IMG/VR virus record: IMGVR_UViG_3300024331_000007
Span: 160,001 to 224,000 of that record
From: a virus
Lineage: Duplodnaviria; Caudoviricetes
Reading direction: 5' to 3' (one strand)
Length of the DNA stretch: 64,000 bases
The notes beneath the pieces were generated by a model. That model was not told the origin of the DNA. It saw nothing but the letters and a program-made list of their open reading frames with translations, and did no database searches. The position numbers were made by a program, and so were the translations under genes. Positions within the stretch are counted from its first letter, which is position 1; the number at the start of each line of letters is the position of its first letter. Of the stretch, positions 16,091 to 24,623 are shown one piece after another.

Positions 16091-16325
16091 TTTGGGGATT
16101 CTTCAGAGACATAGTGTGAATATAAAACTGAAGAATCCCTCAAACGGGGGAGTCAACGGTTTCGGGTCCGTTAACGCCTCTCCACCAATCGGTTAGAATG
16201 AACCGATACATTGGGCAAATAGCTCAGAAAATTCTCTGAACGATTTACGTCTACCACTCAGTCAAAAATGGACTGAGACATTGCCGATGTAGCCCCGCTC
16301 CACTCACTCGTACGGAGTGAGACGA
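16091..16325 (-). ncRNA. candidate structured ncRNA (about 7 hairpins)
   Basis: ORF-free 235 nt containing GGGATTCTTCAG/CTGAAGAATCCC, GTTAACGG/CCGTTGAC, TCGGTT/AACCGA, TCAGA/TCTGA, CTCAGTC/GACTGAG, CTCACTC/GAGTGAG. Confidence 0.6.
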
Positions 16326-16490
16326 TTAATGAAATAAATTTAATGCGTTCTTCAATGTAATTAAGGCATTCGCCGCATTACATGCCGCTTGAGAGAAACG
16401 CATTGAATCTTGTGAATCCTGCGCTTCCGAAGCCTTTTTAATTAAGGCTTCAACTTGTTTTGCTACTGTTTCATTCATTGTTTCATCCAT
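16326..16490 (-). CDS. 54-aa protein (not in ORF track)
   Basis: MDETMNETVAKQVEALIKKASEAQDSQDSMRFSQAACNAANAL...; SD GGAG. Confidence 0.6.
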   Translation of the reverse strand: MDETMNETVAKQVEALIKKASEAQDSQDSMRFSQAACNAANALITLKNALNLFH

Positions 16491-16594
16491 TGGGTTTTAT
16501 CTCCAAATTGTGACGTTGTGTTACGTTAATGATATTCCACGGCAAAACATTGAAACTTTTGGTTATGTGGAACGGCTTCATGAACTTATATCTA

Positions 16595-16623
16595 AGTATG
16601 CCCTATATTTTAGACAATGTCAA
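16595..16623 (-). promoter_or_regulatory. sigma70 promoter
   Basis: TTGACA-17-CATACT. Confidence 0.65.
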
Positions 16624-16626
16624 CTA

Positions 16627-16959
16627 CTATATTCGAAACGGAGGTTGAAATAGCTTACCATAATGTTTCTGAACAACTTGCAACATTTTTTTACGACCAG
16701 ATGGATTTGCGCTGTGAACTTGAACACCATTCACTGGCCAAACATTGTTTTCTTCCATCCAACACAATATATCGTAACCAGTTTTTTCTTCATCAGCATA
16801 ACCCATTGTTTGGGTCATATTCAAATCGTGATCAAGTGACGCAACTTCGACTTCTCCTGTCGCCAGAAGTTCAATTGCCTCTTCGTATGTTTTTACCCAC
16901 ACCGCGCCTATTGCGCCGTGATGAAATGGGTTTCTTTGATCGTCCAGCCACAGAAACAT
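16627..16959 (-). CDS. cyclic-phosphate-processing receiver-like domain protein
   Basis: LWLDDQR, SLDHDL, TGYDIL, VHSANP motifs. Confidence 0.85.
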   Translation of the reverse strand: MFLWLDDQRNPFHHGAIGAVWVKTYEEAIELLATGEVEVASLDHDLNMTQTMGYADEEKTGYDILCWMEENNVWPVNGVQVHSANPSGRKKMLQVVQKHYGKLFQPPFRI

Positions 16960-17112
16960 TTTTCTTCCTCTTCTTTGGTTGAGCTAGTTTTCGAACTTTA
17001 TCACTGCTCAATGCATCCACTAATGATTTACGCATTCCCAACGGTAACGGATCATGTTTGTCGTGGTAGGTCAAATAACTCAATATTGCCGCGTCTGAGA
17101 ACGAAACGGTTA

Positions 17113-17715
17113 TCATTTTTCCACCACTATAACAGGAACGCAATCTCGTCCGCAGCTTTCTGGCGTCTCGTATGTCATAAACCTACCATCATGCTCAGAG
17201 ATTTCTTTGTGATAGTCTCCGAGAATTGCAAACCATTGTCCATTCGACCGCCATACAGTATCATCACCGATTCCATCAAACTCGTAGGTATCGTACAGCA
17301 TTGCATATCCGCTCTTGGAAAACTTAATCATCGCCTTAACTTTTGTATTTTCTGGTAATGTTGCGGCGGTATAATTTGCCGCAATAACTAATTTGGTTCC
17401 ATGTTCCGTCTGTACGAAAGACGTGACTTTATTGTCTTTGTTGATTGGATCGGCGACTACCACAAGTGCCGCATGTTCTTTTGCTCTGCGAAGTTCAATA
17501 GGAATGATTACTAGTGATGCAACAACGATAAAAATTCCAACAGTAATCCAAAGAGTTTTCTTAAACTTTGATCGGGTGTCCCATAATGGATCGCGATCAT
17601 CATGCTGCATTTGCACACCTTGCATACCACCGACTTGCATACCAGTATTCTTCGAACCAATCATTCCATTCGGTACTCCACCCATATGTTTTACCTTTTC
17701 TTTCGTATCCGACAA
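17113..17715 (-). CDS. single-TM membrane protein
   Basis: Gly/Met-rich N-tail, one TM, soluble domain. Confidence 0.6.
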   Translation of the reverse strand: MSDTKEKVKHMGGVPNGMIGSKNTGMQVGGMQGVQMQHDDRDPLWDTRSKFKKTLWITVGIFIVVASLVIIPIELRRAKEHAALVVVADPINKDNKVTSFVQTEHGTKLVIAANYTAATLPENTKVKAMIKFSKSGYAMLYDTYEFDGIGDDTVWRSNGQWFAILGDYHKEISEHDGRFMTYETPESCGRDCVPVIVVEK

Positions 17716-17831
17716 AACTTGGTTGTCAGTTTAAATATTTTGGCGTCATAGTTATTGCCAAGTCAATACCCGATTTTAGGGCCAAGAATCAACGCCCCTG
17801 CCACGCAACTATAAGTTGTGACATCTTCCAC

Positions 17832-17860
17832 AGTATAACCAAACATCAAACTATTGTCAA
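17832..17860 (-). promoter_or_regulatory. sigma70 promoter
   Basis: TTGACA-17-TATACT with GTTTGGT spacer end. Confidence 0.8.
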
Positions 17861-17882
17861 GAAATATATCAGTGTATTAGAA

Positions 17883-17946
17883 TAAATAGATGTAGTTCGC
17901 GGATTCGCCGTCCCAACTACCCTATCGTCTCTGGAGACAACAGCTT
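17883..17946 (+). promoter_or_regulatory. late promoter plus conserved structured 5' leader (copy 1)
   Basis: TAAATA; GTAGTT/AACTAC and GGA/TCC stems; GTCTC/GAGAC hairpin over the SD. Confidence 0.7.
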
Positions 17947-18693
17947 ATGCCTATTTACTCTGCAAAATATTCACAACTCAAAGAGTTCTACGTCTACAAA
18001 TATCTTCGTTCGCGAAAATCCAAATTTGGTGAAATCGATAGTCCGTATAATATCGGCAAAGGTAAGGGGAAACGCGCTTTCTCTAAACAGCATACTATAA
18101 AACCACCCAAAGATAAATCAAAAATTCAATTTATCTCGGAAAATATGAATGAGGCCGATGCCTTTCAACTTGAAATGCTACTCATTCATTGGTTTGGCAG
18201 AATCAACAAAGGAACTGGTTCTCTTCGCAATATGACAGAAGGCGGAACTGGTTGTACGGGAACTGTTATTTCCGCCGAAACTAGAAAAATACAATCTCTA
18301 CAACGAGCAAATAAAATGTGGGTCAATGATGGCAATAAACAACTATTGATTCGCCCAAATTTATTCCGTCAATATAAACAAAAAGGTTATAAAAATGGTA
18401 TGTTGAAATCTTCAGTGAAAGAGCTTGTTTGGATGCATGATCCTAAAACAATGAAATCTACAATGGTCAAAATTTCAAATATTTCTTCGTGTATCTCCAA
18501 AGGTTACATTTTAGGTAGACCCTCTCCATCGGAAGAAACAAGAACAAGGATCAGCAAATCTACTAAAGGAAAGCAAATTACACAAACTCACAAAGACAAT
18601 ATAAGAAAATCTAAGCTTGGAAAGAAACGAAGCGCAGAAGCCTGTAAACGAATTAGCGAAGGAATAATCGCAGCCAAGAAACGCAAACTCTAA
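17947..18693 (+). CDS. GIY-YIG-like homing endonuclease with NUMOD3 tail
   Basis: FYVYKYLR...PYNIGKGKGKRA...E..LI..FGR...LRNMTEGG. Confidence 0.85.
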   Translation: MPIYSAKYSQLKEFYVYKYLRSRKSKFGEIDSPYNIGKGKGKRAFSKQHTIKPPKDKSKIQFISENMNEADAFQLEMLLIHWFGRINKGTGSLRNMTEGGTGCTGTVISAETRKIQSLQRANKMWVNDGNKQLLIRPNLFRQYKQKGYKNGMLKSSVKELVWMHDPKTMKSTMVKISNISSCISKGYILGRPSPSEETRTRISKSTKGKQITQTHKDNIRKSKLGKKRSAEACKRISEGIIAAKKRKL

Positions 18694-19352
18694 ATTCCGT
18701 ATTGCTTTTGGGTCATGGTTTTTACTGGTTTTCTAACGGCAATCATTTTTGCTTTATGAAACTGCACATTGACCGTATCCCAGTTTACAACATTCCACCA
18801 AGCAGCAAGATATTCGTCTCTTTTATTCAAATACTGCCAAAGATACGCATGTTCCCATAAATCGATACCAATAATAGGAACGTCGCCATTCGTTAATGGG
18901 CTATCTTGGTTCGGCAACGACACAATTTCCAGCTTGTCTTTCGGATAGATGAGCCAAACCCAACCAGAACCAAATCTCTTTGTGCCAGCCTCGTTAAACT
19001 TTTTCTTGAACTTGTCAAATGTGCCAAAGTCTTTTGTGATTTGTTTGGCAATGTCTCCAGTTGGAGGACCTCCGCCTTTTGGCTTCATGAGATTCCAAAA
19101 CAAGGTATGATTTGCATCTCCGCCGCCTTGATTGCGCACTGCATCCTGAATAGCCTTTGGCATTTTCTTCCAATTGGTTACCAGAATCTCTGGCGAATAC
19201 TTCTGATACTTTGGATAATCCTTTAATGCTTCATTCAGCTTGTCAACATATGCTTGATGATGCTTATCGTGATGCAGCTTCATGATTTCCTCACTGATAT
19301 GAGGTTCAAGAGCGTTGTATGCGTATGAAAGTTCAGGTAGTTTGTATGCCAT
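18690..19352 (-). CDS. sodA: Fe/Mn superoxide dismutase
   Basis: YNALEPHI, HHDKHHQAYV, NHTLFW, FGSGWVWL, DLWEHAY; metal specificity not determined. Confidence 0.95.
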   Translation of the reverse strand: MAYKLPELSYAYNALEPHISEEIMKLHHDKHHQAYVDKLNEALKDYPKYQKYSPEILVTNWKKMPKAIQDAVRNQGGGDANHTLFWNLMKPKGGGPPTGDIAKQITKDFGTFDKFKKKFNEAGTKRFGSGWVWLIYPKDKLEIVSLPNQDSPLTNGDVPIIGIDLWEHAYLWQYLNKRDEYLAAWWNVVNWDTVNVQFHKAKMIAVRKPVKTMTQKQYGI

Positions 19353-19353
19353 A

Positions 19354-19545
19354 TTATAATCTCGTCTTTTGCAGCGCCTTAATTACAGCCGTCGCCATCT
19401 TCAGGTATTCTTCATATTTCCAAGCTGTCGAAGGGTTTCCCTTCACATTTTTTAAATAACGCCAATCATATTCGCCTTCAACCTTGCACAATGTTTTTGC
19501 AACGGCCTTAATTAATTTTTCATGATCAAACTTTTTAATTGCCAT
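19354..19545 (-). CDS. hypothetical protein
   Basis: ORF track. Confidence 0.55.
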   Translation of the reverse strand: MAIKKFDHEKLIKAVAKTLCKVEGEYDWRYLKNVKGNPSTAWKYEEYLKMATAVIKALQKTRL

Positions 19546-19867
19546 GCTTCACTCCATCAACTGCTTCGCCCAATGCAGTCGTATAAATTCCCGCTGTCAT
19601 TGAGGCATCAACTATATCCTGCTTCAACTTTCCAATTTGTACTGTAAGACCATCGGCGCGTTCAGTCTCTTTTCTGATTTTCTTTTTGCACTCGTAGTGA
19701 ATATACGATTCAAGATTCGCCGCGTCTGTTTCCAAATCTCCGATTCGCTCAACAAGAGCCATGAGAAATTCTGGAGAGATTGGCATTCTCTCAGCGTCTT
19801 TGCTGGCAAGGTCCAAACAATGATTGTACAAACCCTGCAAATCTTCTGGCACGTTCATTATATCCAT
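19535..19867 (-). CDS. hypothetical coiled-coil protein
   Basis: ORF track. Confidence 0.55.
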   Translation of the reverse strand: MDIMNVPEDLQGLYNHCLDLASKDAERMPISPEFLMALVERIGDLETDAANLESYIHYECKKKIRKETERADGLTVQIGKLKQDIVDASMTAGIYTTALGEAVDGVKHGN

Positions 19868-19985
19868 TCCTGTGAACCGCGATACGAAAATCTATGATTC
19901 ATCAATTCCTGTAAATCTTGATGCGAGTGATAGACGGGCATTGTTCTTGCCCATCTAACTACCATCGCAATTAGTAATCTTTGCA

Positions 19986-20549
19986 TTAATAAAATTCCAC
20001 CACTTGATCGGCAAGTCCGTACTTTACGGCTTCCTTTGCCGTCAACCAAACATCTTGCGGTGGAAGCAAATACTTTTTTATCTGTGGTTCTGTTAGACCT
20101 GTGCAAAGTTTGATATGAGTCATTACGCGCTGCGTTGCATTATTGAACTCAGTAACCTTGGCCATCAGTTCATGTTCTTTACCGTGCGATCCCCACGAAA
20201 ACTGGTGTGACAGAATCGCAGTGTTTCTTGTGATGAACCGCTTTCCCTTAGTTCCAGCGATGAACGCGAACAATCCAGCACTGCTAATTTGTCCCAATCC
20301 ATATGTACAGATCGGAACGCGGCTTCCTTTCATAGTATCAATTAATGCGAAACAGCTTGGCATTTCTCCACCCGCTGAATTGAAAATCATCTTCATCATT
20401 TTCGGCGGTGTGTCCATAAGATTGCGTTGAAGGATAAACGTTATCGCCTCGCCAGTTGAGCTAGGGTCAAAATCCTTGTTGAAAAGAAAATAGTGGTGAT
20501 CTTCTAATGTTGGGATGTTTGGAACTTTAACATCTTCTTGTAGGCCCAA
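19986..20549 (-). CDS. clpP: ClpP-like serine protease subunit
   Basis: FNSAGG, GQISSAG (Ser), ILSHQ (His), WLTAKEAVKYGLAD. Confidence 0.88.
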   Translation of the reverse strand: MGLQEDVKVPNIPTLEDHHYFLFNKDFDPSSTGEAITFILQRNLMDTPPKMMKMIFNSAGGEMPSCFALIDTMKGSRVPICTYGLGQISSAGLFAFIAGTKGKRFITRNTAILSHQFSWGSHGKEHELMAKVTEFNNATQRVMTHIKLCTGLTEPQIKKYLLPPQDVWLTAKEAVKYGLADQVVEFY

Positions 20550-20567
20550 TGTATTCTCCGTTTAGCT

Positions 20568-20594
20568 GAAATGGCTGAGGGTTTGCCCTCAGCC
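20568..20594 (-). terminator. intrinsic terminator-like hairpin
   Basis: GGCTGAGGG/CCCTCAGCC stem; short U tail. Confidence 0.6.
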
Positions 20595-20600
20595 TCAAAG

Positions 20601-21140
20601 TTACTTCTTTGCTGCTGGTGCTGAAACATTTGACGCTGCCGTGGCCTTCTTCATTGCCTTCACTTCATCTGGCGTAAGCTTAATCCACTGCTTTGAAGAA
20701 GCACTGTACACAACATCGTCTCCCCACTTATTTGCATCCTTAACTTTTTGAATTGCTTTTTGAATCTTCTCTTGGTCCTTATCCCATTCTGGCCCGTATT
20801 TTGCATTCAATTTGTTTTGAAGTTCTTTCAACTCATCCTGATATCTTGCGGAGAGGAGATTTAAATCACCGAGTACAGAAACAACCTCTGAATCACCGGG
20901 AATGGTCGAATCCCCCAATGAAATTTCCTTTGGCGTCAACACTTCGCCTTTTGGTCCTTCGACTGTCTTGACTGGTATTTGTTTTATGGTGGCATCAACC
21001 GCAGTATTATCAGACGAAGAATGCAATGCATCCTTTGTTTCGGATGATTTTGGTGTGGTCTGCGCTGCGAGAAATGAAGAAAATAACACCAATAGTAAAA
21101 TTGTAAATGAACGATGCATGGATTCTCCTAATATAAACAA
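20601..21140 (-). CDS. exported protein (Sec signal peptide)
   Basis: MHRSFTILLLVLFSSFLAA; coiled-coil body. Confidence 0.65.
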   Translation of the reverse strand: MFILGESMHRSFTILLLVLFSSFLAAQTTPKSSETKDALHSSSDNTAVDATIKQIPVKTVEGPKGEVLTPKEISLGDSTIPGDSEVVSVLGDLNLLSARYQDELKELQNKLNAKYGPEWDKDQEKIQKAIQKVKDANKWGDDVVYSASSKQWIKLTPDEVKAMKKATAASNVSAPAAKK

Positions 21141-21183
21141 CTATATCTCTTCATTATAAGTTCAACGCAAAGAAAGAGTCAAG

Positions 21184-21603
21184 TTAAAGTTTTATCTCAG
21201 TCGGCATTCCTCTTTCATCAAAGAAACGAACCCGACGAACTCCATATTCCCTTACCAAATTCATGCACTTCTCGCAAGGACGCGAACACCCATATTTAAC
21301 AATCGTTTGCTGTGCATTTGTGGTGGTACGGCTAACGTACAAAATAAGATTCTTCGACTTCTCATAGTGCCAACGACGAACTAGACACATTACTTCAGCA
21401 TGAACATTTCCGTTGTAAGTATCATACTGTGCATGTTTAGAAGTACGAGTCCAATCATTAAACCCAATAGCAAGCAAATTTGAACCAGCGTACAGAGAAG
21501 CCCCGAGTTTTTGACCAACAGCCGATCCAGTGCTATGCATAGATGCGGCAGTAGCAGTATCAAATCCCCTTTTCCAACTTTTGCTGATTTTCATTTTATC
21601 CAT
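21184..21603 (-). CDS. CMP/dCMP-type zinc deaminase
   Basis: GFN...HAE...RPCEKC. Confidence 0.85.
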   Translation of the reverse strand: MDKMKISKSWKRGFDTATAASMHSTGSAVGQKLGASLYAGSNLLAIGFNDWTRTSKHAQYDTYNGNVHAEVMCLVRRWHYEKSKNLILYVSRTTTNAQQTIVKYGCSRPCEKCMNLVREYGVRRVRFFDERGMPTEIKL

Positions 21604-21622
21604 GATTTCCTACTTTCAGTGA

Positions 21623-21692
21623 TAAATAGTTATGCAGTTCGCGAGTCTCGTGAACTCCAACTGCCCTAACGCCATTTCGAGACAATCAGCAT
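21623..21692 (+). promoter_or_regulatory. late promoter plus conserved structured 5' leader (copy 2)
   Basis: TAAATA; GCAGTT/AACTGC and GAGT/ACTC stems; GAGACAATCAGC. Confidence 0.7.
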
Positions 21693-22421
21693 ATGAATAT
21701 TTATTATGTATACGCATATCTAAGAGAGAATTCTTCTGTCAATGGTCCAGCAGGATCACCATATTATATTGGCAAAGGAAAAAGAAATAGAGCATATCAA
21801 GATCATTTTGATTGCGCTGCCAATAAACCCAAAAATAAAAATTTCATCCTTAAAATTTTTGACCATTGTTCCAACGACGAAGCGAAGTTTTTAGAAACAG
21901 GGTTGATTAAAATATTTGGTCGTATTGATTTGAAAACCGGATGCCTGCGAAATCTGACACATGGCGGAGACGGTTCTTCTGGGTACAAACATACTGCTGC
22001 AACAAAAACAAAACTTAGAAAGAATGCTATAAGTAGGCAATACTCAATCAAAACTCGACAACTAATGTCTGGGGCTCACAAAGGATCAAAAAATCACAAT
22101 TTTCAAAAATGCATCCCTGAAGAATTAATAAGAAAACGAGTAGAAACAAGAAGAAAAAATAATAATTACGAAGCATCGGATAAAACCAAATTTAGAATCT
22201 CACAATCGTTGATGGGAAGCAAAAATCCCATGTTTGGAACAATAAAACCAAAAGGCTCCGAAAGCCCTTATGCAAAAGCAATTAAATGTACGGAAACAAA
22301 TCAAATTTTTGGTTCTATAACCGATGCTGGTAAAATATTAGAAATACCCCGATCAGACATAAGCAATGTTCTTACTGGTCATCAAAAATCAACCAAGGGA
22401 TTACATTTTGAATTCATCTAA
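21693..22421 (+). CDS. GIY-YIG-like homing endonuclease with NUMOD3/NUMOD1 tail
   Basis: YYVYAYLR...PYYIGKGKRNRA...LRNLTHGGDG; C-terminal IKCTETNQIFGS..DAGK HTH. Confidence 0.88.
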   Translation: MNIYYVYAYLRENSSVNGPAGSPYYIGKGKRNRAYQDHFDCAANKPKNKNFILKIFDHCSNDEAKFLETGLIKIFGRIDLKTGCLRNLTHGGDGSSGYKHTAATKTKLRKNAISRQYSIKTRQLMSGAHKGSKNHNFQKCIPEELIRKRVETRRKNNNYEASDKTKFRISQSLMGSKNPMFGTIKPKGSESPYAKAIKCTETNQIFGSITDAGKILEIPRSDISNVLTGHQKSTKGLHFEFI

Positions 22422-22885
22422 TAAAGATTTAGGTGGCCCAGAGCCGAATCCAATTTTTCTTTTGTAACTGGCCCCACGGCTGTTATTGTATGTACTCGAT
22501 CTTTCGTTCCATAAAATTGCTCATTTGTGTCATGAAACTCACCATAAACAATGTTTGTGTCATCAGAAATCAAATCTTGAATTTCATTGGAAACCTTCCG
22601 AAGTTCTTTTGAGTTGCGAACAGCAAGAACAATCGCCGTCATTTCACGATATTCAACATTTGAATTTGCAAACATTCGTTCAGTAAATCGTCCTATATGA
22701 TAACCTTGCGCTATCAGCCTTCCGTGAACCATCGGAAAAGACTCAACAGTATCTTCAAATAATTCTGGATGATAGCAATCCTCTGGAATATTGAATTCTG
22801 TTGGCGGCTCAATACCCTTATGCAAAAGTTGTACAGTTTGTGGGACAATCACATAAATTCTCTCGTCAAGCATAAACCCTCTCAA
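22418..22885 (-). CDS. peptidyl-tRNA hydrolase 2 (PTH2)-like protein
   Basis: IYVIV...GRLIAQGYH...IVLAVRNSKEL...HDT...TITAVGP...LNLY. Confidence 0.65.
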   Translation of the reverse strand: MRGFMLDERIYVIVPQTVQLLHKGIEPPTEFNIPEDCYHPELFEDTVESFPMVHGRLIAQGYHIGRFTERMFANSNVEYREMTAIVLAVRNSKELRKVSNEIQDLISDDTNIVYGEFHDTNEQFYGTKDRVHTITAVGPVTKEKLDSALGHLNLY

Positions 22886-23100
22886 TTCTCAAGTCTGCAA
22901 AGCAGCATTTCTTCTTTTGACCCTGTAGTCAGTGTATAGGAAGGAACATACAACTTTTTGTTTACGCCTTGTATTTCAAATAATATCCTATCCGCATGAA
23001 TGACTACATTTTTAATGGTTACGACATATCTCTCTTTTGTGACATCGGCAATTCCATGAGGATAGTAAAATAGAGTTAGCCCAATCAAAAATGTATACAT
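22882..23100 (-). CDS. small protein with C-terminal LEN tag
   Basis: ...EEMLLCRLEN. Confidence 0.6.
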   Translation of the reverse strand: MYTFLIGLTLFYYPHGIADVTKERYVVTIKNVVIHADRILFEIQGVNKKLYVPSYTLTTGSKEEMLLCRLEN

Positions 23101-23313
23101 TCAATTCTCCAAAGTTGCAAGCATCGCCTCTTCATTTGTGGCGTGTTCCAAATACCAACTCTTAACCCATTTCGTATCGCCGTCAAAGAACGTTATTTCA
23201 AAATCAGCGTCAGTTGGGCAGTCTTCGGTGATTTTTGCCATGTAACGTTTGGATGTATCGTCTCTATGATACCAAACATAGTCGCCAATTTCGAATCCCC
23301 ATCCATCCGACAT
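23101..23313 (-). CDS. SH3/KOW-like small protein with C-terminal LEN tag
   Basis: FEIGDYVWY...EEAMLATLEN. Confidence 0.65.
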   Translation of the reverse strand: MSDGWGFEIGDYVWYHRDDTSKRYMAKITEDCPTDADFEITFFDGDTKWVKSWYLEHATNEEAMLATLEN

Positions 23314-23553
23314 TTAACTCTCCAGTTCCAACTTGTAAAGGAACAGTCTTTCCTGTGATGCATATTCCAATTGCCACGGCGGAACCCATCTCCATCTCTG
23401 TATCCCAAACACAATCTTGACTTCAGTTGGTTCAATCTCCACAATCTTTGCTGGTATAATTGTTGGCGGAATCGTTTTGGGATAGCCGCCTTCTCGAAAT
23501 TCGAACAGAACATCGTCTCCAACCTTTATCTCATGTCCATTTTTATCCAGCAT
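23314..23553 (-). CDS. SH3/KOW-like small protein with C-terminal tag
   Basis: DKNGHEIKVGDDVLF...ERLFLYKLELES. Confidence 0.65.
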   Translation of the reverse strand: MLDKNGHEIKVGDDVLFEFREGGYPKTIPPTIIPAKIVEIEPTEVKIVFGIQRWRWVPPWQLEYASQERLFLYKLELES

Positions 23554-23704
23554 AAATAGTCTCCGTGAACACTTCGTCAAAATTCGCGTTTGCGGTTGGA
23601 ATCGTTGCTTTGGGTGTTTTTGCTATCGCCGTTCATGTTTCTCAACTCGTCCCACGAAACGCATATTACAACCCGCCCAAATTTAAAGGTAACACTGCGT
23701 TTGT

Positions 23705-23929
23705 TTAACTTTCCAACTTGTACAGCATCAACTCACCTTTTGTCGGTGTCTGAATCTGGTCTGAATATACGGTCATGTAATCGGAACCTTCCCAACGAGG
23801 GTTTATCTGTACTGTGACCATGTTATAACTTATGTCTTTGTCCAGAACTTTCATCATGTGGCGAGAATCTGGTTTGAGTACAAAATACTCATCCAACGAA
23901 TATACCCAAACCAAATCTCCGTTTCTCAT
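23705..23929 (-). CDS. SH3/KOW-like small protein with C-terminal LES tag
   Basis: RNGDLVWV...GELMLYKLES. Confidence 0.65.
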   Translation of the reverse strand: MRNGDLVWVYSLDEYFVLKPDSRHMMKVLDKDISYNMVTVQINPRWEGSDYMTVYSDQIQTPTKGELMLYKLES

Positions 23930-24132
23930 TAGCTCACCTTAGCGACTAGTCCATTTATCATTGTCACTTCCGCATACCACTTGCGATTGGTATAAGCACA
24001 CGGTCCTACGACACAAAACTTGCCGTTCGGCGTATACTCAGGCTTAAACATCGTTGTCTCGACATAATTCAAAGGCTTGCCGACTGCCGCTTTCAAATCA
24101 TTCTTTGTTTTATATCCCGATACTCCCATCAT
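23929..24132 (-). CDS. conserved small phage protein
   Basis: YKTKNDLKAAVG...VVGP...RKWYAEVTM. Confidence 0.65.
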   Translation of the reverse strand: MMGVSGYKTKNDLKAAVGKPLNYVETTMFKPEYTPNGKFCVVGPCAYTNRKWYAEVTMINGLVAKVS

Positions 24133-24314
24133 ATCGTTTCCTCTTTCTTCCGATCAAAAGTCCCATACATGAAAACTAAAATTGCCAACAGGAGATAGTA
24201 GATGGCCGATTGTTTATCTCCAGCATCGAAAAAATGACCTGAATAGATAACCAAACCAGCACTGGAGATTTGAAATACAAATGCTAATGTTTCCAGAATT
24301 GCTTTTTTAAACAT
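24129..24314 (-). CDS. small membrane protein
   Basis: 2 TM. Confidence 0.55.
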   Translation of the reverse strand: MFKKAILETLAFVFQISSAGLVIYSGHFFDAGDKQSAIYYLLLAILVFMYGTFDRKKEETI

Positions 24315-24320
24315 GATGCC

Positions 24321-24623
24321 TCATTTCTCAAAAGTTTTCAGAACATCGATTGAAGTCTTAGCCTTCGTTAAAAAGTCAGCTTTCTTTTCATCCGTTCCAG
24401 ACGCAAGAAATAACGCCAATTCCAACACTCGGATATATTTTGCGTTTGCGCTTATCTCTCGCTGAAAATATTCAGCCTGTCCTGCACTACTTGCGGCCCT
24501 TTCCTTGAAATGCTCTAGCTCTCGCATCACCTCATGAAGCTGACGCATTGCACGTTCATATTCTATGCGTACATCGTCTCTTCCGTAATAACCTCTATCC
24601 ATCCCGTCAAGTCCGATTGGCAT
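24321..24623 (-). CDS. hypothetical coiled-coil protein
   Basis: ORF track. Confidence 0.6.
   Translation of the reverse strand: MPIGLDGMDRGYYGRDDVRIEYERAMRQLHEVMRELEHFKERAASSAGQAEYFQREISANAKYIRVLELALFLASGTDEKKADFLTKAKTSIDVLKTFEK

Noticed and set aside
14833-16325. Self-cleaving ribozymes (hammerhead, twister, pistol, HDV-like theta) near the tRNAs
   Set aside because: I saw no CTGATGA/GAAA core or nested HDV pseudoknot by eye. A covariance-model search is still needed to exclude them.
19858-20106. 82-aa minus-strand ORF overlapping clpP
   Set aside because: Out-of-frame overlap with clpP, no SD or motif; left uncalled.
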